Of a DNA stretch of 64,000 bases, positions 19,874 through 29,609 are shown in pieces; position 1 is the first letter of the stretch; the number at the start of each line of letters is the position of its first letter. The DNA lies in NCBI GenBank assembly GCA_963739555.1, contig CAVUAV010000006.1:222760-286759 (forward strand), given 5' to 3'. The position numbers were made by a program, and so were the translations under genes. The stretch comes from an uncultured Acidimicrobiales bacterium (GTDB taxonomy: Bacteria > Actinomycetota > Acidimicrobiia > Acidimicrobiales > DATKAS01). The notes under the pieces are model-generated. The model made no database searches. It saw only the letters and a list, made by a program, of their open reading frames with translations, and was not told where the DNA came from.

Positions 19874-21219
19874 CTAGAGCGAGTCGAGCACGAGCGCCAC
19901 GTCGTCGAACGTGGTGCGCGGGTTCACGAAGCAGAAGCGCAAGCAGGTCTCGCCGCGCCACGTCGTCGGCACCGTGAACGTGAGTCCGCTCTCCAAGACG
20001 TGATCAGACCAAGCCGCGTAGTCCGCGGCCGTCCACCCCACGCGCCGGAAGAGCACGATCGACAGCTCGGGCTCCTCGATCAGCTCCACCGCGGGATGCG
20101 CGTCGATCATCCGTGCCACGTCGCGCGTGAACGTGAGCGTGGCTTCGATCGCGGCGGCGTACGCATCGGTGCCGTGCGTCGCGAGCGAGAACCAGAACGG
20201 CAGGCCTCGCGCCCGGCGCGTGAGGTGGAACGCGTAGTCCGACGGGTTCCAGTCGGGGGTCGTGTGCAACACGTCGAGGTACGCGGCGTGCTGTGTGTGC
20301 GCGGCCCGAGCCGGCTCAGGGTCTCGGTACACGAGCGCCGCGCAGTCGAACGGTGCGAAGAGCCACTTGTGCGGATCGACGGAGAACGAGTCCGCGCGCT
20401 CCACTCCTGCGAACAAGTGCCGTGCGCTCTCCGCCACGAGCGCCGCCAAGCCGTAGGCGCCGTCGACATGGAGCCACAAGCCGCGCTGCGCGGCGACGTC
20501 GGCGATCCCTCCGAGGTCGTCGACGAACCCGCCGTTCGTCGTGCCGCGGTGGCGACCACGGCAAAGACGTCGTCGGCGTCGTCGGCTTCGTGGAGCGCGC
20601 GTTCGAGCGCTGCACCAGTGAGACGTCCCTTCTCGTCGGTCGGGACGACGACCATCAGCGCGTCCATCACGCGGGCGGATGCTGCGACCGACGAATGCGC
20701 GGCATCGCTCACCGCCACCGCGGATCGTCCGTGCTCGCCGCGCCTGCTTCGCCAGACATCTCTCGCGACCACGAGCGCGCTCAGGTTGGCCGCGGTGCCG
20801 CCGGCGACGAACACTCCGCCCGCACCGGGTGGGAAGCCGGCGAGGTCGGCGAGCCAACGCAGGGCCTCGTTCTCGGCGAACACCGCGCCCGCACCTTCGA
20901 GCCATGACCCGCCGTAGATCGACGACGCGCCCACGACGAGGTCGAACAGGATCGCGGCGTCGGTCGGCGCCGCGGGAACGAACACGAAGAACCGCGGATG
21001 GTCGACCGAGATCGTTGCGGGAGCGAGCGCGTCGGCGAACACTCGGAGCGCTTCCTTGCCGCCGATCCCGGCGGGCGTGATCGTGCGACCGGCGGCCGCG
21101 GCGAGCTCGCTCGGCGTGCGGCTGCGATCGAGCGGGGGAGGATCCATCCGCACACGCTCGAGCGCGTAGTCGAGGATCGCGCGGGCGAGCGTCTCGGCCG
21201 ACTCGTCGAACCGGTGCAT
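19874..21219 (-). CDS. group II PLP-dependent decarboxylase, apparent 1-nt deletion in a G-run near 20545
   Basis: The two ORFs join as FAVVATAGTTNGGFVDD. The PLP-lysine motif is SVDPHKWL. Confidence 0.85.
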
Positions 21220-21232
21220 GTGGCGGCTCGGG

Positions 21233-21388
21233 CTAGTCGTTCAGCGCGATGAGCTCACTGCCCTCGTGGGTCGCTTCGGCCCGCTCCTTGAGCACGAACC
21301 CGAGAATGGCTGCGATCACCGCCGCGCCGATCGCGACGAACACCGGGGTCAGCACGAGGATGATGGCGATGAGGATGCCTCCGGCCAC
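21233..21388 (-). CDS. 51-aa single-TM micro-protein (below the track cutoff)
   Basis: My own translation from a GTG start gives MAGGILIAIILVLTPVFVAIGAAVIAAILGFVLKERAEATHEGSELIALND. It has high GC3. It lies 9 nt after the ridA stop and 13 nt before the decarboxylase start. Confidence 0.45.
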   Translation of the reverse strand: MAGGILIAIILVLTPVFVAIGAAVIAAILGFVLKERAEATHEGSELIALND

Positions 21389-21397
21389 GACGTCACC

Positions 21398-21745
21398 CTA
21401 CGCCGTGTAGGCCCAGGCCTCGATCTCGATGAGCGCGCCGAGCGGCAGCTCCTTCACCGCGATCGCGCTCCGAGCGGGCCGGTGATCGCCGAACGCGTGC
21501 ATGTAGATCTCGTTCATCGGCGCGAAGTCGCTCATGTGCGTCAGGAACACGGTGCACTTCACGACCTGATCGAGTGACGAGCCTTCGCCCTCGAGCAGCC
21601 CGCGCAGGTTCGTCAGCACTTGCGTGAGCTGCTCGCGCATCCCTCCCTCGACGAGCTTGCCCTCGACCGCGCCGATCTGGCCCGACACGACGAGCCAGTC
21701 GCCGGCTCGGACGATTGGTGTGTATGGCCCTACCGGCTTGCTCAT
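21398..21745 (-). CDS. ridA: RidA/YjgF enamine-imine deaminase family
   Basis: MSKPVGPYTPIVRAGDWLVVSGQIG...ARSAIAVKELPLGALIEIEAWA. Confidence 0.9.
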   Translation of the reverse strand: MSKPVGPYTPIVRAGDWLVVSGQIGAVEGKLVEGGMREQLTQVLTNLRGLLEGEGSSLDQVVKCTVFLTHMSDFAPMNEIYMHAFGDHRPARSAIAVKELPLGALIEIEAWAYTA

Positions 21746-21756
21746 CGGTCGCTCCC

Positions 21757-23271
21757 TCAGCGTCGCGTCGGCCAGTCCTGGGGGCAGCCTTGCGCGATCC
21801 ACGCGGCGGCCGCCACTGCGGTGAACACGGCGTCGGAGCCGTTCACCGGGGTGCCGCCGCTCTGTTCGATGACGACGTCGACACGCGGCATCTCGGTCGC
21901 CCTCAGGATCCCGAACGAGCGGATCGTCAGGTCCTGCGGCTCGCCGCTCTCGTCGACCCGGATCCCTTCGCTCGTCACCCATCCCAGCGCCATGTGCGCG
22001 GCACCGATGCAGTAGCTGCGCAGCACCACCTCGTCGAGCACGTCGCCGCACGACACCCAGACGCGCACGGCGTGTTCGTCCACTTCTGCCCTTGCTCGTG
22101 CTCCCGTCGGTGACTCGATCTCGGCCCGACGCGACAGCGCAGCGAGCACGACGGCAGCCTCCGCCCAGCCCGCGCCGCGCAGCGCGACCGACGTCGGCGG
22201 TCCGGCGACATCGACCTCCTCGACGGTCCACTGCGGCGCGACCGAGTGGATGGCGGCCTCGATGCCGGGAGTGCGCCTGACCCGAGCGATGCCGGTGCCG
22301 TCCGCACGCACGCCGATCGCCATCGGCGGGCGCTTCGGTCCCCATCGCACGGCGTCTTCACGCGACCAGAGGGCGCGCACCGGGCGCTGTTGCTCGCTCG
22401 CCAGCGTTGCCGCCGCCGTGACGACCGGGGTCGCGACCTTCCCGCCGAACGCACCACCGTTTCCGAGCGGATCTGCCCCCTCCTCGCCGGGACGCGCCCA
22501 CGACGCGTCGGTCTCGAGGTACGCGGGCTCGACCCACGTGGTGCGCAGCGTCAGCGCCCAGTCGCCCTCGGGCAGCTCGATCGGCCAACCGAGGCTCGCT
22601 GTCGTGCGTCGCCCCTGGCGCTTGCCCGACGCGGCACGCGCCTCGCGCACGGTCGTGCCCGTCGCCCATCCGTCTCCCGCCGGCAGCGGCGCCGCGCACA
22701 GCGCGTCCCTCGGCGCCGAATCGTCGGCGAATCGTCCCGCCCCAGCGGCGACGTCGGTGCCCACGCGTTGGTGGGTGCCGCCTTCGATCGACGCGCGTTG
22801 TGCCGCGCGCTCCCAATCACGATCCCGATCGGGGATCGTGTCCGCCGCGGCCTCGAAGATCGTGCGCCAGCCGGTGCATCGACAGAGGTGGGCGAGCAGC
22901 GCGCGTCCGACGGTCGCCTCGTCGTGTCGATCGAGCGCGCTCAGCCGCATGATGATCCCGGGGGTGCAGAAGCCGCACTGGCTCGCGCCGGTTGCTGTGA
23001 ACGCGTCGACCCACCTTGCGCGCGTGGCGTCGTCGAGACCTTCCAGCGTCGTGACGTCGCGTCCCGCGAGTCGCGCGACTGGCGTGACGCATGCGACGCG
23101 GGGCGCACCATCGATCCAGACCGTGCAGCACCCGCATTGCCCCTGAGGGCTGCACCCGTCCTTTGCAGTTGTGATGCCGAGCTGGTCGCGCAGGAGGTCG
23201 AGCAACGATCCGGCTTCGTCGCGCACGGTCACGGGCTCACCGTTGACGCGCAGCGCGATCCCAACGGTCAC
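21757..23271 (-). CDS. fusion of a CoxS-type double [2Fe-2S] domain with a shortened xanthine-dehydrogenase-family Moco-like domain
   Basis: The Fe-S motifs are CSPQGQCGCCTVWIDG and QCGFCTPGIIM...CRCTGW. The C-terminus resembles the end of XDH large subunits (SYCIGAAHMALGW...RSFGILRATEMP...). Confidence 0.7.
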   Translation of the reverse strand: MTVGIALRVNGEPVTVRDEAGSLLDLLRDQLGITTAKDGCSPQGQCGCCTVWIDGAPRVACVTPVARLAGRDVTTLEGLDDATRARWVDAFTATGASQCGFCTPGIIMRLSALDRHDEATVGRALLAHLCRCTGWRTIFEAAADTIPDRDRDWERAAQRASIEGGTHQRVGTDVAAGAGRFADDSAPRDALCAAPLPAGDGWATGTTVREARAASGKRQGRRTTASLGWPIELPEGDWALTLRTTWVEPAYLETDASWARPGEEGADPLGNGGAFGGKVATPVVTAAATLASEQQRPVRALWSREDAVRWGPKRPPMAIGVRADGTGIARVRRTPGIEAAIHSVAPQWTVEEVDVAGPPTSVALRGAGWAEAAVVLAALSRRAEIESPTGARARAEVDEHAVRVWVSCGDVLDEVVLRSYCIGAAHMALGWVTSEGIRVDESGEPQDLTIRSFGILRATEMPRVDVVIEQSGGTPVNGSDAVFTAVAAAAWIAQGCPQDWPTRR

Positions 23272-23294
23272 GGCCTCGAGGATAGGTTCGGACC

Positions 23295-24212
23295 GTGGCC
23301 TCCCTCTCCCGGCGGACCTTCCTCGTCACCGCGGGCGCTGTCGGCGCGGGCGTCGTCCTCGCGGCGTGCGGCGGCGACGACAGCGCATCGACCATCCCGA
23401 CCGCCGACGCGGCTGCGTCGGGGAGCACACCGTCGGGCACGGGGGATGCGAACCGCCCGAGTCGCGTGCTCGTGCGCTTCGCAGCGGACGGCATCCTTGC
23501 GGCCGGGAAGACCCAGCGCCTTCCGGTCGGTCTCGCCGATGCGGACGGAACGCTTCTGGTCGACACCCCCGCGACGTTCACCGCGCAGATCGTGTCCGAG
23601 GATGGCAAGCCCGTGGGAGCGCCGCTCACCGTCGATCGACACGCGCAGGACCTGCCCCGGCCGTACTACCCGTTCATCATGAACATCGCCGAGCCCGGCA
23701 CCTACGCGCTCGTCGGCACGGTCGACGGGGTGCAGGTGAACACCGCGTTCTCGATCGTCGATGCTTCGAAGGTCTCGATCCCGCAGCCCGGCGACCAGAT
23801 GGTGCCGGTAGCGACGCCGACCACCGCGGACCCGGCGGGCGTCACGCCGATCTGCACGCGCCAGCCCGCATGCGACCTTCACCAAGAGTCGCTCACCGAC
23901 GCGCTGAAGACGGCAAAGCCGGTCGCGTTCCTCATCGCGACGCCTGCGTACTGTCAGACCGCCGCGTGCGGCCCGGTCCTCGACGTGCTGCTCGGCCAGC
24001 AGTCAGAGTTCGGCGACAAGGTGCAGATGGTGCACGCAGAGGTGTACACCGACTCGTCGCTCAAGAGCACCACGCAAGCGGTGCAGGACTACCACCTCAC
24101 CTTCGAGCCCGTGCTCTACCTCGCGACACCCGACGGCGTGATCCAGACGCGGCTCGACAGCATCTTCGACACGAACGAGCTGCGCGACGCGCTGAACGCG
24201 CTCGTCAGCTGA
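23295..24212 (+). CDS. Tat-signal lipoprotein, unknown function
   Basis: MASLSRRTFLVTAGAVGAGVVLAACGG combines a twin-arginine motif with a lipobox. Confidence 0.7.
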   Translation: MASLSRRTFLVTAGAVGAGVVLAACGGDDSASTIPTADAAASGSTPSGTGDANRPSRVLVRFAADGILAAGKTQRLPVGLADADGTLLVDTPATFTAQIVSEDGKPVGAPLTVDRHAQDLPRPYYPFIMNIAEPGTYALVGTVDGVQVNTAFSIVDASKVSIPQPGDQMVPVATPTTADPAGVTPICTRQPACDLHQESLTDALKTAKPVAFLIATPAYCQTAACGPVLDVLLGQQSEFGDKVQMVHAEVYTDSSLKSTTQAVQDYHLTFEPVLYLATPDGVIQTRLDSIFDTNELRDALNALVS

Positions 24213-24218
24213 GCCGGA

Positions 24219-24539
24219 CTAGCTGAACGACTGGCCGCACCCGCACGTGCGGGTGGCATTGGGGTTGTCGATCGAGAACCCCGCCTGCTGCAGGCCGTCC
24301 TTGTAGTCGAGCGTCGCGCCGGTGAGCAGCTGCGCACTCGACGGATCAACGATCACCCTCACACCCGAGAAGTCGACCAGCTGATCGTCCTGCGCGACGT
24401 CGGTGTCGAAGAACATCTCGTAGGAGAACCCCGAGCAGCCCCCCGGCCGCACGGCGACGCGCAGAGCGAGCGACGGATCGCCTTCGGCGTCGATGAGCTC
24501 GCGGACTTTGCTGGCGGCGGAATCGGTGAGCGTGATCAC
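24219..24539 (-). CDS. erpA: A-type Fe-S cluster carrier (IscA/ErpA/HesB family)
   Basis: A GTG start gives MITLTDSAASKVRELI...GGCSGFSYEMFFD...CGCGQSFS. The track fuses it to the upstream regulator. Confidence 0.85.
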   Translation of the reverse strand: MITLTDSAASKVRELIDAEGDPSLALRVAVRPGGCSGFSYEMFFDTDVAQDDQLVDFSGVRVIVDPSSAQLLTGATLDYKDGLQQAGFSIDNPNATRTCGCGQSFS

Positions 24540-24549
24540 AGTGAAAATC

Positions 24550-25214
24550 CTATCGACTGGAGATGGTGACTTGACAGGGTTCGCGGTGGCCGAGGGTGTG
24601 AAAGTCGTCGACGGCCGCCTCGCCGGTCTGCTCGACGAATCCTTCGACCATGCCCCGATGGAGGGCACAGACCAGCTCTGGGTGGGCCTCGGCCAGCTCC
24701 CGGAAGGGGCAGTGGGCGAAGCCGATGACCGCGATCTCGCCGTCGTCTGACCCATCGACCGCCGGATCGAAGCCCAGCACATCGAGCTCTCGGACGAGGG
24801 CCTCGAGGCACGAGGGCGCATCGGCATAGCGGGCACTGTTGGCTCGGCCCTGCGCCCGGCCGATCTCGGCGGCGTCGTCGGGAGCGATTCCCGCCGCCGC
24901 GGCCGTCTCGAGCAGCATCCGGGCCAGGAGGGGATAGGTCGGCGGACTCGAGCCCGAGCGACGGGGCGTCCGGCGGCAAGGGAGTAGAGGTGCTGGGGCC
25001 GGCCGACCCCGCCCGTGCCGTCGGTGCGGACGTCGAGCAGACCGACGTCGCGCATCCGCTCGAGGTGGGGCCGGACGGTGTTCGGGTGCAGCGCCAGGGA
25101 CTCAGCGATGTCGGACGTGGACAGCGGCCGCGGCGAGCGGGCGAGCTCGAGGTAGATCGCGTAGCGGGTGTTGTCGCCGAGCGCCTTGAGGATCGGCAAC
25201 CGGCTGTCGGTCAC
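24550..25214 (-). CDS. ArsR/SufR-like HTH regulator with a Cys-containing C-terminal domain; two apparent 1-nt insertions (about 24970 and 24946)
   Basis: The N-terminus is LPILKALGDNTRYAIYLELAR...STSDIAESLALHPNTVRPHLERM. It reads on as HLYSLAADAPSLGLEPPTYPLLARMLLETAAAAG only across two frame changes. The C-terminus contains CPFRELAEAHPELVC. Confidence 0.7.
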
Positions 25215-25256
25215 AACCTCAAGATTACACGGCGAAGACCGGTAAAATCGTTCGTG

Positions 25257-26466
25257 ATGCCCGCCGCGCCGACCGCCGCTCCCTCCGTCGAGGAGATCTT
25301 CGGGCTGCTCCGCGGCGTCATGGATCCCGAGCTCGGCGGCAACGTCGTCGACCTCGGGATGATCCCCTCGGTGTCAGTCGAGCCCGGCCCCGACGGGGCG
25401 CTCGTGACCATCGAGGTGAAGCTCACGATCGGCGGCTGTCCGCTGCGTGCGCAGATCAAGGCCGACATCGAGACCCGCATCGCGACCCACCCGGGTGTGC
25501 GCGACGTGCGCATCGAGTGGGGCGAGATGACGAGCGAGGAGCGGTCGGAGGTGATGCTCAAGGCGCGCTGGAACGCGCGCGAGAACGCTCCCGACACCCA
25601 GATCCCCGCCACGACCCGCGTGCTCGCGATCGCGTCTGGCAAGGGCGGTGTCGGCAAGAGCTCGGTCACGGTGAACCTCGCGACAGCGATCGCGGCGATG
25701 GGCTTCACGGTCGGCGTGCTCGACGCCGACATCTGGGGCTTCTCGGTGCCGCGCATGCTCGGCATGTCGGGTCGCCTCGAAGGCGTCCGTGGAGACGACG
25801 GCGCCGGCAAGATCCTGCCGAACGAGCGCCGCATCGGCGACGGCATGGTCAAGGTCGTGTCGACCGGCAACCTCGTCGACGACGAAGGCACCGCGCTCGA
25901 TGTGGCGCGGCCTCATGCTCACGAAGGCGGTCGAGCAGTTCCTGCGCGATGTGCAGTGGGGCCACCTCGACTACCTGCTCATCGACATGCCTCCCGGCAC
26001 GGGTGACGTGCAGATGGGTCTGGCGCGGATGATGCCGCGCACCGACCTCATCATCGTCACGACCCCCGCCGTGAGCGCGCAGAAGGTCGCGATCCGCGCC
26101 GCCGACATGGCGAGGCGGTCGTTCCTCCGCGTCGCGGGTGTGATCGAGAACATGAGCTCGTTCACCTGCGATCACGGCGAGACCTATGCCCTCTTCGGCT
26201 CCGGCGGCGGCCAGACCCTCGCCGACGAGATCGGTGCCGAGCTGATCGGCCAGATCCCCCTCGAGCCGAGCGTCGCCGCGGGTGGCGACTCCGGCGATCC
26301 GGTCGCCCTCCGCGGCGAGGGTCCAGCCGCCGACGCCTTCCGTGCGATCGCGCACCGCATCGTCGACCACACAGTGCCGCCCGTGCAGATGGCCGGTTGC
26401 AGCGTCCGGCTGCTCGAGCAGGTCGAGAAGGCCCTCGGCCCGAAGGAACCGGCGTCGTCTACGTAG
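25257..26466 (+). CDS. mrp: Mrp/ApbC Fe-S cluster carrier ATPase with an N-terminal DUF59 domain; apparent 1-nt insertion near 25899
   Basis: The Walker A motif is ASGKGGVGKSS. The two ORFs join as DDEGTALMWRGLMLTKAVEQFL, followed by LLIDMPPGTGD. Confidence 0.9.
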
Positions 26467-26953
26467 CGCTGGAACGCAGCGCATAGGGCTCTCCCGGTGC
26501 GAGCACGTCGTGCAACGACCAGAACTGCCGCTCGCCGAGGATCACCGCATCGACGACGGTGGCCTCCGCTCCGAGTGCTTCGCGCAGCCTCAGGAACGCC
26601 TGCACATCCGCCTCGGTCGGTCGTGGATTGCGGTCGGAGCCTTCGCGGTTCTCGAAGACCAGCCAGCGGGGGTGCGCGACCTCGGCCAGCGCGAGCCGCG
26701 TCGCGGCGAGCAACTTCGAGGGGTCGACCGCGAGATCGCGAAGTCGCACCACCGATCGGCTGGTCCAGCAGCCCACGTAGGCGCCGTCGCTGTCGAGGAG
26801 CCACACCTCGTTGTAGGCCTTGCACGACATCAGCAAGTCGCGCCGCACCCATTCCCGGACATCGTCGGGTGCGCGGAACCGATGGTCGTTGATGTCGGGC
26901 TCGACCTCGTCATCGTCGAAGTCGTCGTCGAGCGCGTCGTCGTACGTTCTCAT
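26459..26953 (-). CDS. RadC-like JAB/MPN-fold protein with a degenerate metal site
   Basis: FENREGSDRNPRPTEADVQAFLRLREALGAEATVVDAVILGERQFWSL aligns by eye to the RadC pattern HNHPSG..PS..D...T.RL..A...LGI.V.DH.I.G....S. The His ligands are replaced. An ATGA overlap couples it to the HNH gene. Confidence 0.5.
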   Translation of the reverse strand: MRTYDDALDDDFDDDEVEPDINDHRFRAPDDVREWVRRDLLMSCKAYNEVWLLDSDGAYVGCWTSRSVVRLRDLAVDPSKLLAATRLALAEVAHPRWLVFENREGSDRNPRPTEADVQAFLRLREALGAEATVVDAVILGERQFWSLHDVLAPGEPYALRSSAT

Positions 26954-28188
26954 GGCTGTCTCCCTTTGGCTCGCGTGGGAGGGGAAGAGCATTGGTTCGG
27001 GTGTCTGGGATGCTCTGGCGGCACCATCGGTCTGACGCCAGTACCTGGCACCAGCCCCCACCCGTCGTAGGTCTTCTTGTCGTGGTGCTGGTCGCACAAG
27101 CGGTCGAGCTCGTCGAGGCGCGTGTGTTTCGTCGTCGCGTATTCGGCACCGGTGGTGTGGTCGGCCTCGAGTCGTGCTCGCCGGCCGCACCGTTCGACCG
27201 AGCACGTCGGCTGCTCCCAGAGCAGCGCGATCTTCTGTGCAGCCGTCGGCCCGCGGCCGAGGCTGGTCACGTTGCGCACGTCGACCCCGTTCGTGAGCAC
27301 CAGCTTCAGCACCGCCTCGCCGAGCAGCTTGCTCACGACCGCGACCGGCACAGGGCCGATCCCCGCGATCTCGCACACCTCTCCCTCGCCGACGCGTCCC
27401 CGCACGAGAGCTGTGAGGTCGGCGCGGATGACGGCGGTGTACGTCGGCGAGGGCTTGCCGCCGTGTGCCCCACGCGCTCGGCGCGCCATCTCGACGACTG
27501 CATCGGCGAGGTAGGCGTCTCGGCTCTCGCGTGCGCCGCGGGCTCGGGCAGCTTTGAACAGCTCGTCGACGATCGCGTTCAGCGTGACGTCGACATCGGC
27601 GAGGTCTTCGGGGGTCGACTGCAGGTGGAGGTGATGGAAGCCGTCGGGCGTCGAGTACCGACGGCCCCGACGCTGCCTTCGCAGCCGAGCATGCCGCTCC
27701 TCGGGATCAGGATCGGCATCGGCGATCACCTTGGCGCACTTGTCACGGAGCTGGCCCAGCGACAGCCGGGCGGCGTCGTCGATGAGCTCGTGCTCGGCGG
27801 TCGGATCGGCGGTCGCCGCACCGGCGATCGCCTGCACCTGCGCGGTCGAGAGCGAACCCGCCCGAGCCGCGCTTGCGGTTGCCGTCAACCCGCCGAGCTG
27901 TTTTGCCGTCTCGATGAGGCTGCGGACCGAAGCGGGGCTGCCGCCGACCAGCCCGGCGATGTGAGCCTCAGGCGACACGGACGACGTGGCCTTGTAGGCA
28001 TCGGTCTGTGCGAGGCGTGCCGCCAACAACATCTTCATCGTGGCGCCCATCGATTCGATCGCCGCCGCGTCGTGCACCGCGCGTTCGCACTCGTTCGCCA
28101 TCAGCAGATCTGGATCGAGCCGAGCGGCAACGAGCCGCACTGCCGCAGCTACGCCAGATACCTCACCCACACCCACGAACTCCGACAC
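26950..28188 (-). CDS. DUF222 / HNH endonuclease (REP13E12-like family)
   Basis: 412 aa. The typical N-terminal helical DUF222 region is followed by a C-terminal C..C...H..H nuclease motif (CSVERCGRRARLEADHTTG...DRLCDQHHDKK). Confidence 0.85.
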   Translation of the reverse strand: MSEFVGVGEVSGVAAAVRLVAARLDPDLLMANECERAVHDAAAIESMGATMKMLLAARLAQTDAYKATSSVSPEAHIAGLVGGSPASVRSLIETAKQLGGLTATASAARAGSLSTAQVQAIAGAATADPTAEHELIDDAARLSLGQLRDKCAKVIADADPDPEERHARLRRQRRGRRYSTPDGFHHLHLQSTPEDLADVDVTLNAIVDELFKAARARGARESRDAYLADAVVEMARRARGAHGGKPSPTYTAVIRADLTALVRGRVGEGEVCEIAGIGPVPVAVVSKLLGEAVLKLVLTNGVDVRNVTSLGRGPTAAQKIALLWEQPTCSVERCGRRARLEADHTTGAEYATTKHTRLDELDRLCDQHHDKKTYDGWGLVPGTGVRPMVPPEHPRHPNQCSSPPTRAKGRQP

Positions 28189-28490
28189 CTGCCAACTCCG
28201 CGGTCGACCGGTCGGGAGAAGCCACTCGAGGCGGGCTACGAAGCCTGTGCCATCACTCTAAACAGAGGGTGTGACATTAAGTTCGGCCGCCGCCGAGGGC
28301 GGCGACGCGCAAACGCGGCGTTGATCGAGAGCAGCATCACCGTAACTACATGCCGCTTCGAGGCGAGCACCCGCGGGTTGGCAAGTGGCGAGGACACGAT
28401 CAACCTTGCGAGGCGTCCAGCCCGATCGCTCGGCCTCAGCCTGCGATGTCGAGTCTGGACGTTGACCAGCCCCGACGATGGCCGGGCGAT

Positions 28491-28829
28491 TCAGCCGAGG
28501 GCGGCGCGCACCAACGTGAGCAGCTCGTCGTCTGACAGCGCCGCGGCCGAGTCCTCGGAGAGCTGGATCGTTCCTTTGCCCGTCTTCAGCTCTGGATGGC
28601 GCTCGACGAACCCGCCGCCTCCGCCCGGACCCCAGCCGTAGAGCGACACACCGTGCTTCCACGCGCCGACGTACAGCCGCTTCTTCCCCACCTCGTAGGT
28701 CGGGATGCCGTAGGAGATCCGCACGCTCGCGTCGGGCGCGACGGAACGGATCAGCCGCTCGACGCGATCGAACAGCGGCCGGTGCTCGGACGGGATCGCG
28801 GCGACGTAGTCGGCGACCGGATCGGACAT
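28491..28829 (-). CDS. DUF1801 (YdhG-like) protein
   Basis: DYVAAIPSEHRPLFDRVERLIRSVAPDASVRISYGIPTY. Confidence 0.7.
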   Translation of the reverse strand: MSDPVADYVAAIPSEHRPLFDRVERLIRSVAPDASVRISYGIPTYEVGKKRLYVGAWKHGVSLYGWGPGGGGGFVERHPELKTGKGTIQLSEDSAAALSDDELLTLVRAALG

Positions 28830-29609
28830 CAGTACCCCGGGTCACCTGGGAGCAGGATCCGCATCTGCTCGCCTTCGCCCACGATGCGCGGCACCACGGT
28901 CGGCACCGTGACCGCTGTTGCAGCAACGGCGACGAGCTCGTCCGCCTCTTCGAAGCGTGCGATGGCGCTCAGGTTCTTGATCGTCGGGAAGATGATCTCG
29001 AACTCGCCGCGCTCGTGTGCGTCGAGCGCGTCCTGAGGACGGATCCACGTGTTCGCAACCGTCTCGCGGTCGTCGTGCAGCGCGACCTGCTTGTCGGGCG
29101 CGCGAGCGACGAAGAACCGGGTGTCGTAGCGACGGGGGGGACCCTCCGGCGTGATCCAGTGGCTGAAGTAGTGGATGCGGTCGACGGCGAGCTTGAGCCC
29201 CTCGTCGTCGCACACCTCGATGAGCCGCCGCTCCTTCTTGTCGATCGCTGCCCGATGTGAGACGAACCGCGCCTCGACCGCCGGGTCGTCGAGTCGCACC
29301 ATCTCACCGTCGAGCGTTGTAGGCGAGCAGGATGCCGGCCTCTTCGAAGCACTCCCGCACCGCCGCGACCCAGAACGCGAGGCCGCCGCTCTCGATGCCG
29401 AGCCGTTCGCTCGCTTCCTCGTCGTTCCGTCCGAGGCAGTAGGGCGAGAGGTCCTCGTGACGGTCGTGCGGGTCGACCGCGCCGCCGGGGAACACATACG
29501 CGCCTCCGACGAAGTCGGAGTTGAGGTTGCGCATCAGCATGAGGACTTCCATGCCGGCGTCGCCGTCGCGCACGAGCATCACGGTTGCCGCATCGCGGAC
29601 CTCGACCAT
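28829..29609 (-). CDS. NUDIX hydrolase, apparent frameshift near 29315
   Basis: The Nudix box is GGAVDPHD...AAVRECFEEAGILL. The C-terminal ORF continues as LDGEMVRLDD...YFSHWITPEG. Confidence 0.8.

Noticed and set aside
24219-25214. A single 331-aa track ORF suggests a regulator-IscA fusion protein.
   Set aside because: The middle third is Arg/Pro/Ser-rich out-of-frame sequence. The regulator's real C-terminal domain is the 24550..24918 ORF, and erpA has its own GTG start.
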